This document shows, in pieces, positions 10,418 through 18,418 of a stretch of 64,000 nt of DNA. The translations under genes and the position numbers were made by a program. The DNA lies in assembly GCA_902511005.1 (NCBI GenBank), contig CABXDN010000001.1:106593-170592 (forward strand). The letters are read 5' to 3'. This DNA comes from an uncultured Candidatus Poseidoniales archaeon. Lineage in GTDB: Archaea > Thermoplasmatota > Poseidoniia > Poseidoniales > Thalassarchaeaceae. The notes under the pieces are model-generated. The model was not told the origin of the DNA and ran no database searches. It was given only the letters and a program-made list of their open reading frames with translations. Every line of letters begins with the position of its first letter. Position 1 is the first letter of the stretch.

Positions 10418-10606
10418 TGGTGGGGGCACTGGGATTTGAACCCAGATCAGCGGGTATCTTCCGCTCAGCGTGCACTCGGTAATTGCACGCTCTCGGGTTG
10501 CGACGGGTCAGCGCTCCAGTTGGTCATCAATACCATCAGATCACTTATTCGTCGTCATTCCCGTGCAACTGGAGCCCGCTGTACTACCAAGTTATACTAT
10601 ACCCCC
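10418..10606 (-). tRNA. trnW: tRNA-Trp (anticodon CCA) with a 113-nt intron after position 37; CCA encoded
   Basis: Hand-folded. Acceptor GGGGGTA/TGCCCCC, D stem GTAT/GTAC, anticodon stem GCGGG/CCCGC, loop CTCCAG|intron|A, T arm CTGGG-TTCAAAT-CCCAG, discriminator A, then CCA. The intron is 10456..10568. The mature length is 76 nt. Confidence 0.9.
10498..10568 (-). ncRNA. Box C/D sRNA embedded in the tRNA-Trp intron
   Basis: On the minus strand: C box ATGACGA (10558..10552), D' CTGA (10539..10536), C' TGATGA (10529..10524), D CTGA (10511..10508). Both guides are exactly 12 nt. A terminal stem TTGCACGGG / CCCGTCGCAA flanks the boxes. The D guide CAACTGGAGC is complementary to GCTCCAGTTG, which spans the anticodon loop and exon-intron junction. 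Confidence 0.8.
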
Positions 10607-10679
10607 AAGGGTATTCCTATCGAAAGACATCGCTCTTATGATGGTCTCGGTCTAGAGATTCTAAAATAAAATAAAAAAT

Positions 10680-13010
10680 TTATAATATTATCATAATAGG
10701 GCCGACTATTATACTGAAGAATATCCAAAGCCCAAGCACAGTACATGCTAATCCCCAAGCACGAGGTCTTAACCCCACGCTAAGAGACCCCATTATACGA
10801 GATATTTCTCCTGGGAGTGATGCTATAATTCCAAAGGTGACTACTACAATTCCTGCCATTATTGAGTAACCAATAAAGAAAAATATGCATATTAATACAC
10901 CTAAAAGACCAGATCTTGCAACCGCCCCAATTGCTTGGGGGATGGCACTTGGTGCCCTTAGCCACAGTAACCATGCAACCCATAATCCTAGATGGAGATC
11001 ATCTAAAAACCGATTTTCTTTCCTCCAGTCGCGATATCCGTCGGGAAGTTTTGAGTATATGTACTTACCAATAATCTCGATTTCTCTGATTCCTCCTCTA
11101 AATAGCATTGATAATCCATGATAAGATAACAATATGCTAAGTATTAATTCTATATATATCCAATAAGAACCTAAGCCAAAAGAAGAAAATAACGCTACTG
11201 GAAGAGCCCAAACCGCAAATCCAATACTAGATGCATACAGAGTTAATACAACCCCTGCGCCAGGTACAAGAGGAGTATCAGGAATCTTATACTTATCTCC
11301 TCTAGGCATTGCTAAAATCATTAAGGGTAAAAATGTAGTACTAAAAATAAGTCCAAAGACATCTAATGGGTTTTGACCTGATCCAAAATAAGAGGATTCG
11401 ACAGCATCTTCAATAGATTGTGAAGACATTACACCTGCCTTCCATGAGGAAATAAATCCGGCTGAATCAATAATGAAAACAGCATCAGAAGCCTTACTAG
11501 GGAATGATTTCCCAATAGTTGAATCTGCATCATCCATTAGTACCGGCCAACTGCCATTAATTTCACTTACTAGTTCTTCAAGATCTAGACTATTGACGCC
11601 CTCTCCAGTTGCAATTTGAAGAAAAGCAACGTCGCTTCCAATTGCGTTCTGAGCAAGTTCAAAGTCGACTCTCTGAATCTCTGCATTTGGAGAACTTGGA
11701 GTGAATAAACCTACTACTATCGCATCATAATCTGAAATTAGCTCACTTAATTCAACTAATTCAGATTCAGAGCCATGTTCATATAACGAAAATGATGGAG
11801 CGGCACCCTCCATTCTTGGTTCATCAAAATCTATGTCAGGTAGGTTCAATGATGGCCCTAAAGTAGTCAAAGCAAGCAATAGAATTACTCCATACGCAGG
11901 AAGAGGCAGCATAGCATCTTTCATTGAAACTCCGATCCATGCAATAATTCCTAGTGGGATTAATATTGCAGCCCAAGTTCCATTCAATAATGCCTTTTCA
12001 GGTTCTAATACTTCAAATCTCAAAACCCCTACTAAGTCACAACTTTCTCCTGGATCTTGATCAGATAATTTATAACAACTATCTACCATATATTTCCCAG
12101 GTGACAATGATTTTGGAGAAGACCAAGTGAATACGGTTCGATTGAATTCATCAGTTCTATATCCGTGAGGAATCTCAAAATGATCTAATCTCGTATCTTC
12201 ATCAGCATTACCATGAATGAGGTCTGCCCATTCAACAGGACCTATCACTTCCAATACCTGAGATATGTAAAGGTCATTCCCCCAAGGTGAGTTAGGTGTG
12301 AATTCCACTCTAATTATACCATTTGGATCAACGGTTTGATCAAGCTCAGGATAAATTAATTCTCCCTGGAAATCAATCCCAGTGATAGCATCATAGGTAT
12401 CCCACCATAGTACTCCTGTTTGTGTACAATCATGTATTACATCAACCTTTAAACCTACTAAATCGCCTTTCTGAAGGCTGACATTGACGTCATTAGCATC
12501 AACAATAAATTCATGAGCCAAAGTAAATGATTCTTCCATTACTATTGAATTACTCTCAACGGATGATAATACTTGATTATCGCCTAATGATAGCGATACT
12601 GAAAATTTTGTTTCGGAACCCAGAGGAGAATCCGGCAATACATTTGTGAATCTGCAACCATCGTTGGCAACATCCAGAGATGCAAAAAGACGTATGCTTA
12701 TGTTTCCATTAAAATCTAAATCTTCTTCCAACGGTGCAGATTGAATATCTATTAGATTCTGTGGACTTACCGTTTTCTGAAAATCAATCGAACCTATTGG
12801 CTGACCTGTCAACGAACTCCAATTGTTATCTAAATATGGGCCATTCGAATCTCCTTTCAGGAAAAGTCGATGGCTTTCCGGTTTCTCCCATTCTATGCCT
12901 GGTCCTTCAGGCGCTATTATTTGGGCTGATGACATATGAGTAAAAGATAGAAAAACAAGTAAAAACATAGATAATGATACAAACACCTTGTTTGACCTTC
13001 TACCATCCAT
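10680..13010 (-). CDS. Hypothetical large membrane protein: signal peptide, extracellular domain, thioredoxin-fold (TlpA/ResA-like) module without CxxC, C-terminal polytopic region
   Basis: 776 aa. N-terminus MDGRRSNKVFVSLSMFLLVFLSFTHMSSAQ. The central segment FSLYEHGSE..IVVGLFTPSSPNAE..WPVLMDDADSTIGKSF..AVFIIDSAGFI follows the TlpA-like pattern, but SPNA replaces CPPC. There are at least 8 hydrophobic helices. Confidence 0.5.
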   Translation of the reverse strand: MDGRRSNKVFVSLSMFLLVFLSFTHMSSAQIIAPEGPGIEWEKPESHRLFLKGDSNGPYLDNNWSSLTGQPIGSIDFQKTVSPQNLIDIQSAPLEEDLDFNGNISIRLFASLDVANDGCRFTNVLPDSPLGSETKFSVSLSLGDNQVLSSVESNSIVMEESFTLAHEFIVDANDVNVSLQKGDLVGLKVDVIHDCTQTGVLWWDTYDAITGIDFQGELIYPELDQTVDPNGIIRVEFTPNSPWGNDLYISQVLEVIGPVEWADLIHGNADEDTRLDHFEIPHGYRTDEFNRTVFTWSSPKSLSPGKYMVDSCYKLSDQDPGESCDLVGVLRFEVLEPEKALLNGTWAAILIPLGIIAWIGVSMKDAMLPLPAYGVILLLALTTLGPSLNLPDIDFDEPRMEGAAPSFSLYEHGSESELVELSELISDYDAIVVGLFTPSSPNAEIQRVDFELAQNAIGSDVAFLQIATGEGVNSLDLEELVSEINGSWPVLMDDADSTIGKSFPSKASDAVFIIDSAGFISSWKAGVMSSQSIEDAVESSYFGSGQNPLDVFGLIFSTTFLPLMILAMPRGDKYKIPDTPLVPGAGVVLTLYASSIGFAVWALPVALFSSFGLGSYWIYIELILSILLSYHGLSMLFRGGIREIEIIGKYIYSKLPDGYRDWRKENRFLDDLHLGLWVAWLLWLRAPSAIPQAIGAVARSGLLGVLICIFFFIGYSIMAGIVVVTFGIIASLPGEISRIMGSLSVGLRPRAWGLACTVLGLWIFFSIIVGPIMIIL

Positions 13011-13055
13011 GCTCTCGCCACGACCTACTATTAATCAAAACCAACGCATAATGCT

Positions 13056-13793
13056 TCAAAGTAATTGGCTATAGAAAAATAATGCCATTAATACTCCAGA
13101 GAATGTTGCAAGAAAATTCACACTATGTTTCCCGAGGTATCCTCTATTCTCCAATAATGCGCCTAGAAGTGAATCGACTTGACAACCAAGCCAACCAATA
13201 ATTGTTATCAAAAATAATAAATTAATCTCTGAAATAGTTGAATCATCGGGTGAAAACACAACACCTACGACACCTATTACCAATGCTCCTGCAAAGGCAG
13301 CGACGGTTCCTGTAGGAGACATCCCCCCATTAGTACCCGCAGGAACTGACTGGAGGTTAGTTATACTTCGAGTTCTCAAATCTAAAGAACCTATTTCCGA
13401 GGCTAAAGTATCTGATAAAGCAACAGAAATACTAGATATCGCGGCCAAATATATCCATTCTTCACCTGGATTAAAAAAGTTGAAGATTGCAACTAATGAG
13501 ACTGCACCACCGTTTGCTAGAACGTTACGCCACCCCCTGAGGCCTTCATTTGCTTCTTCTAAAGAAAGTGCCTTCTTTTCTTCCATCTTCCACTTAGTTG
13601 CTAATGAACCAGTTACAAGGAAAATAAAGAGTGCTACTAACCAAGTCCAATGACCTAAAAGAGAAACTGTCAATCCAGTAACTGTAGCGGCCAAAATTCC
13701 ACTGATATCAAGAAGATCTTTAGCGCGAGAAAAAAGGAGTAATGTCACTACAAGACCTAGGGAAATAAGTTGGTCATTAGTCAAATCCAACAT
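13056..13793 (-). CDS. DUF92/TMEM19-family integral membrane protein
   Basis: Motifs: GSLATKWKMEEKK, GLRGWRNVLANGG, SDTLASEIGSL, PAGTNGGMSPTGT, QVDSLLGALLE. The track start at 13799 is GTG; an ATG lies at 13793. Confidence 0.75.
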   Translation of the reverse strand: MLDLTNDQLISLGLVVTLLLFSRAKDLLDISGILAATVTGLTVSLLGHWTWLVALFIFLVTGSLATKWKMEEKKALSLEEANEGLRGWRNVLANGGAVSLVAIFNFFNPGEEWIYLAAISSISVALSDTLASEIGSLDLRTRSITNLQSVPAGTNGGMSPTGTVAAFAGALVIGVVGVVFSPDDSTISEINLLFLITIIGWLGCQVDSLLGALLENRGYLGKHSVNFLATFSGVLMALFFYSQLL

Positions 13794-13873
13794 TGACACC
13801 CAAACTTCCTGCTAATACGGTTAGTCATGAAGGATTCGGAGAAAGAAAGTCGAACCTATATGAAAGTACAGTA

Positions 13874-15439
13874 TTATTCTGAGAGAGAACTTATCCCTCT
13901 CATTAATAATGAGGATACAAAGATTACCGTAATTACCATAATAATTATCCATAATAGAGAAATACCAATTACTAAGTTTTCACTAAAACCTAAATCAGTG
14001 CCTAGTTCACTGATTATTATTCCTGAACCGTTCCAAAATGAGTGACCTAGGATAGCAATTAATAGCCCCAGGAATAATGATTTAGGTGGAATAATCTTAA
14101 ATCTAGAAATATTCTGTAAATCATTCGATTTTTTCTTGATCATAAAATTACTCTCACTAGGTGAAAAATAACTATTACTAGATATTAGAGAAGTTGAAAT
14201 TGAGTCTATTTTATTCTCAGAAATTGTCCAGCTTGGGGAATGATGATCGGTTTCGACTTCATGAATAGCCTGAACTATTGAATATTCGGGGCCATCATAT
14301 CCAGAACTATCGCCGTCCATATCAATATCAATACCTATACTTTCAATTAAATCCATAGATTTAGAGGTGAATCTATGAATTAACAAATTTACTCGCGCCT
14401 TATTCTTTGATTCACTTAACCACCAACCTAAAGCAGCACCACTAAAAGAAGTCCATACTGCATGACCTGGTATTGAACCAATTCCACGAATTAATGATGT
14501 TATCAAAAGACCTGCAAAACCGCCACCCTCATAAGAGGATACGAGGTAAGAGAAATTTTCTGAAATTGCAAATCCTAAGCCAACTGTAAAACCAACTTGA
14601 AAACCGCTTTTTGGCCCTTTTATTGATGAAATAAAACATAATATCGCAAAAAATTTGAATATTTCTTCACCAATAGGGGCACTCAATGTATAAGTAATAA
14701 AATCCTGCGAAGTTGATGACCAAGATGAAGGAACTAGGTTAGGAGTTAACCAACTGTTCACTATGATAGCAGGTATCCCTGCCGCCATTCCAGCGATTAA
14801 CCATGACTCCGCATCTCTCAATCGTGTTGGAATCCCAATCCAAGATGTAGAAGAAGCCCACCAAGCATAAACTGGCACCGAAAATAGAATTAGTATCATT
14901 GGTAATGCCATCAAATAAGAAAATATCAATCCTAAATCCCCCCCTATTATTTCAATAACTGCAACTGCAAATGAAAATAATAAAGATAGGGTGAACACTA
15001 ACCAAACCCATAATGAAGGAGGTGTATCAATTATTGAATCATCTCTAACTAAAAATCTAGTCATCTTGCTAGACATAGTAGTCTGAATTGAACCACCCTC
15101 GGGAATAGCATGTGAATTTATCCCTCCTTCGAAGGCAGTAATCAAACGAACTTCGACTAATTTAGGACGGTGCAGAAAAATAAGAAATGCCAAGCAAGGA
15201 AGGGTGATAAAACTACAGCCAATGATATACAATGGTTCAAATTCAAGAATCCCAAATATTTGGAAGGAAAATGCCTGTACTAAGAATATCATTAGCAGAG
15301 AATTACCCAGCAAAGAAAAATATCTTCTAACTGGTTTACTAGCTCTAGATAATTGAAAATCATCAGGAGCAGATGAAAGATTCACAGGATTGAGTAATCT
15401 TAATTTACGACCGTATTCATCAGTGACAATCCGATCCAT
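13874..15439 (-). CDS. PrsW-family intramembrane protease-like protein
   Basis: 521 aa, polytopic. PrsW-type motifs: PIGEEIFKF (EExxK), GFAISENF (FxxxE), GHAVWTSFSG and GHSFWNGSG (HxxxN). A roughly 100-aa hydrophilic insertion lies between the last two motifs. Confidence 0.6.
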   Translation of the reverse strand: MDRIVTDEYGRKLRLLNPVNLSSAPDDFQLSRASKPVRRYFSLLGNSLLMIFLVQAFSFQIFGILEFEPLYIIGCSFITLPCLAFLIFLHRPKLVEVRLITAFEGGINSHAIPEGGSIQTTMSSKMTRFLVRDDSIIDTPPSLWVWLVFTLSLLFSFAVAVIEIIGGDLGLIFSYLMALPMILILFSVPVYAWWASSTSWIGIPTRLRDAESWLIAGMAAGIPAIIVNSWLTPNLVPSSWSSTSQDFITYTLSAPIGEEIFKFFAILCFISSIKGPKSGFQVGFTVGLGFAISENFSYLVSSYEGGGFAGLLITSLIRGIGSIPGHAVWTSFSGAALGWWLSESKNKARVNLLIHRFTSKSMDLIESIGIDIDMDGDSSGYDGPEYSIVQAIHEVETDHHSPSWTISENKIDSISTSLISSNSYFSPSESNFMIKKKSNDLQNISRFKIIPPKSLFLGLLIAILGHSFWNGSGIIISELGTDLGFSENLVIGISLLWIIIMVITVIFVSSLLMRGISSLSE

Positions 15440-15452
15440 TTTCTCACCAAAG

Positions 15453-15518
15453 TGCCGCTCAGATCGCCCATCACTCGTGACACCCTAGGTATCCGGTGCG
15501 GTTCCTCATCACTGCGAC
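15453..15518 (-). ncRNA. Candidate K-turn (box C/D-like) small RNA or structured 5' leader
   Basis: GC-rich island in the AT-rich intergenic region. On the minus strand, GTCGC-A-GTGATGA is followed by 43 nt and then CTGA-GCGGC. It has a perfect C box (15512..15506) and D box (15462..15459), a 5-bp terminal stem, and a 3-nt A-G-U bulge geometry. The internal C'/D' boxes are only degenerate (CGGA, TCACGA or GTGATGG). Confidence 0.3.
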
Positions 15519-15565
15519 GATTCATGCGAGGAGTACTAGCATATTGGATTTGCCATTTAACATTA

Positions 15566-15784
15566 CTAAACTATCGCACCGCATGAGCCACAGTATAGCT
15601 CCTTCCTCGTTCCATCTTTCTGCATGCTCCACTCACCACATGCAGGACATGGCGGAAGGCCTCTCTCACTGGGTGGTACTACGGGGCCTCTACGCGGCTT
15701 CTTTTTCTCAGGACGAAACCAACCTTTCTTGGGCTTCTTGACTTTGGGCAACTTCTCACCATTGAGCACGAGTATGGGTCTCAT
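15566..15784 (-). CDS. Small basic zinc-ribbon protein (72 aa)
   Basis: ATG start. Lys/Arg/Pro-rich N-terminus followed by CPACG-x17-CGSCG (CPxCG zinc ribbon, reminiscent of S27ae-type ribbons). The high GC content is explained by Arg/Pro/Gly codons. Confidence 0.5.
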   Translation of the reverse strand: MRPILVLNGEKLPKVKKPKKGWFRPEKKKPRRGPVVPPSERGLPPCPACGEWSMQKDGTRKELYCGSCGAIV

Positions 15785-15837
15785 TGAAGATTGTTGGCAT
15801 ACCGAGTAAATGATTTACCGTACCTTTATCGCAATTT

Positions 15838-16773
15838 ATGGAAATCACAGTCGTTGGTGCAGGAGTTTCTGGTTTGACCACAGGAATTAGGTTACTAGAA
15901 GAGGGTTGGGGAGTTAAGATAATGACTGAAGATGTAAGTCCAAATACTGTATCAGATGTTGCCGCAGCATGGTGGTATCCATTTCTTGTAGAGCCAATAG
16001 AGAAAACTAATAGATGGGCTTCAGAAACATTTGATGAATTACTCAGATTGAAGAATGTTGAGGGCGTCGAATGTATAACTTTGCGAAAAGGTAGAGAATA
16101 TCTTGACGAAATATGTGAACCACCGGGGTGGAGCCTTGGGCTCCCATATTTTAGAATCCTAGATGAAGATGAGATAGTTGGAGAATATAAATTCGGTTGG
16201 GAAATGGAAGCACCCGTTATTGAAATGAATTCTTACATGCCATGGTTATTAAATAAATTTAAAAAACTAGGGGGAACGTTAGAATTACAAAAATTTGATT
16301 CGATTAAAGATGTATCAGGAGACCTAATTGTGAATTGCTCAGGACTAGGAGCTAGAGAATTCTGCTCTGACGAAAAAGTAATACCAGTAAGAGGACAAGT
16401 AATCTATATCAAACAGGACCCAGGTTTTGGACGCTTCGATCAACAACCTGAAACACTGACTTACACTATACCAAGAAGAGATTTTACAGTACTAGGAGGA
16501 ACTGCACAAAAAGGCGATTGGGACGAAACAGTTCGGCATAAGGATACAGAGTATATTCTTTCGAAATGTGAAGCATTATGGCCGGAATTAGATCGAAACA
16601 AAATCATAGGCGTGGCTGTTGGTTTGAGGCCATCACGTGATGAACTTAGACTGGAAAAAGAAATCATTAGTAACAAAATTATAATTCATAATTATGGTCA
16701 TGGAGGTGCAGGAGTCACTCTATCTTGGGGTTGTGCTGATGAAGTAGTTAGATTATTAAAAATCAATACGTAG
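15838..16773 (+). CDS. FAD-dependent D-amino-acid oxidase (DAAO/DDO family)
   Basis: N-terminal dinucleotide fold VVGAGVSGLTTG, AAAWWYPF, and C-terminal HNYGHGGAGVTLSWGCA, which is typical of eukaryote-type DAAO. Confidence 0.8.
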   Translation: MEITVVGAGVSGLTTGIRLLEEGWGVKIMTEDVSPNTVSDVAAAWWYPFLVEPIEKTNRWASETFDELLRLKNVEGVECITLRKGREYLDEICEPPGWSLGLPYFRILDEDEIVGEYKFGWEMEAPVIEMNSYMPWLLNKFKKLGGTLELQKFDSIKDVSGDLIVNCSGLGAREFCSDEKVIPVRGQVIYIKQDPGFGRFDQQPETLTYTIPRRDFTVLGGTAQKGDWDETVRHKDTEYILSKCEALWPELDRNKIIGVAVGLRPSRDELRLEKEIISNKIIIHNYGHGGAGVTLSWGCADEVVRLLKINT

Positions 16774-17773
16774 ATTTTGTAGTTTTAACTATGGCTGAGG
16801 CAATCTTGTAAGGGTCCCCATTAGATGCAGGACGTCTGTCTTCAAGGCGTCCTTTCCAGCCATCTTCTACTGTTGTAATAGGGATTCTGATAGAAGCCCC
16901 TCTATCTGAAACTCCGTAAGAGAATTGATCAATAGATTGTGTTTCATGAAGGCCCGTAAGACGTAATTCATTATGAGCGCCGTAAACATCCATATGCCTC
17001 TTGATATTTTCGCCAAATGCTTTGCAAACTTTATGGAATACTGCTTCATCGCCACTATCACGTAATTTCGCATCTGAAAAATTGGCATGCATACCCGACC
17101 CATTCCAATCGCCCTTTATTGGTTTAGGATGATACTCGATATAATATCCATAATTTTCTGTTAGTCTGTCTAAAAGATATCGAGCAACCCATAATTCATC
17201 TCCAGCTGCTTTAGCCCCTTTAGCAAATAATTGAAATTCCCACTGACCACACGCAACTTCTTGATTGATTCCTTCGAAATTTATACCCGCTGCGATACAT
17301 AAATCAGCATGTTCTTCTACAAATGCTCGTCCATGTGTATTTTTACCTCCGACTGAGCAATAATAAAGTCCCTGAGGACCAGGATAACCGCCTAATGGGA
17401 AACCTAAAGGCAGTTGTGTTTCGACATCCATAATGAAATATTCTTGTTCAAAACCAAACCAAAAATCATTATCATCATCATCAATCGTCGCTCGACCATT
17501 AGATGCATGTGGTGTGGAATCGGGATTCAAGACCTCAGTCATAACCAGATATCCATTATCTCTCATTGGATCAGGAAATATTGCAACCGGCTTCAACAAA
17601 CAGTCTGACGAACCACCTTCTGCTTGCTTGGTAGAACTGCCATCGAAATTCCAAATAGGGCAATCTTCAAGTTTGCCCGAAAAATTATTTCTCACCATTG
17701 TTTTACTCCTCATATTCTGTGTAGGATTATATCCGTCTAGCCATATGTACTCTAATTTTGCTTTATCTGCCAT
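16763..17773 (-). CDS. glnA: Glutamine synthetase, type II (short eukaryote-like form)
   Basis: 336 aa. Motifs: EYIWLDG, FDGSSTKQAEGGSSDCLLKPVAIFPDP, FGFEQEYF, YYCSVG, NQEVACGQWEFQ, GSGMHANFS, ASIRIP, LEDRRPASNGDPY. Confidence 0.9.
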   Translation of the reverse strand: MADKAKLEYIWLDGYNPTQNMRSKTMVRNNFSGKLEDCPIWNFDGSSTKQAEGGSSDCLLKPVAIFPDPMRDNGYLVMTEVLNPDSTPHASNGRATIDDDDNDFWFGFEQEYFIMDVETQLPLGFPLGGYPGPQGLYYCSVGGKNTHGRAFVEEHADLCIAAGINFEGINQEVACGQWEFQLFAKGAKAAGDELWVARYLLDRLTENYGYYIEYHPKPIKGDWNGSGMHANFSDAKLRDSGDEAVFHKVCKAFGENIKRHMDVYGAHNELRLTGLHETQSIDQFSYGVSDRGASIRIPITTVEDGWKGRLEDRRPASNGDPYKIASAIVKTTKSTY

Positions 17774-17870
17774 AAGTTACCGTCTGACAATGAGGTTTAT
17801 TATATGTTCGATTGGAAAGTTATCGAGCACATATTAGAATCAATATCCATTCAAATTAGAGATAATTATT

Positions 17871-17957
17871 CAAATGAATATTTTAACTATTAGAAAATGT
17901 GCAAATGAATTATTAGTTAATGTTTTTTAAATCCTAGAACAAGCAAATGAATATTTT
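17871..17957. promoter_or_regulatory. Three copies of a CAAATGAAT(A)TT motif upstream of the glutamine synthetase gene (candidate operator/promoter elements)
   Basis: CAAATGAATATTTT occurs at 17871..17884 and 17944..17957, and CAAATGAATTATTA at 17902..17915. They lie 98-184 nt upstream of the glnA ATG (17773, minus strand). Confidence 0.35.
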
Positions 17958-17976
17958 GAAATTTAGAGTATTAACC

Positions 17977-18330
17977 TTAATTCATATCTAAACCAGTTAA
18001 ATCGACATCAAACCATTGGTCATAATATTGTTTCTGGAGCATTATGACATAACCTAATATTACTCCAAATAAAATCCATGAAGGGACAGTTCTACCTAAA
18101 CGAATTGGGATTTCAGTTAATATTAGCCCATCAAATAGTATACAAAAAATAAGGTACAATGGACGTCCTAATGTGACTTTCCAACTTTCAAACTGTTGAC
18201 CAACTATAGATTGAACTCTTTTGTGCCTCCTTAAATCGGATGCCTTTTTAATTCTCCAAAGGGACTCTTCTTGCTGAGATTTCTTATCTATAAAATCAAC
18301 TGAATTAGATGTCTCTTCGGGACCCTCCAT
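17977..18330 (-). CDS. Hypothetical small membrane protein
   Basis: The ORF extends to an ATG at 18480, but that would overlap the OppF-like gene by 62 nt. An internal ATG at 18330 (MEGPEETSNS..) avoids the overlap. There are two C-terminal TM helices. The start is uncertain. Confidence 0.4.
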   Translation of the reverse strand: MEGPEETSNSVDFIDKKSQQEESLWRIKKASDLRRHKRVQSIVGQQFESWKVTLGRPLYLIFCILFDGLILTEIPIRLGRTVPSWILFGVILGYVIMLQKQYYDQWFDVDLTGLDMN

Positions 18331-18418
18331 GCCATGGCGGGATGGTTTGAAGCCATAGACTAATCTAGGAGTAAATTTCAATCTGCTTTGTACACAGAGA
18401 TATTTAATTCTAATCTTT

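Noticed and set aside
10204-10669. Four track ORFs (10204..10482+, 10251..10475-, 10436..10669+, 10470..10655+) in a GC-rich patch
   Set aside because: They overlap the intron-containing tRNA-Trp gene. The GC-rich signal is explained by structured RNA, not coding sequence.
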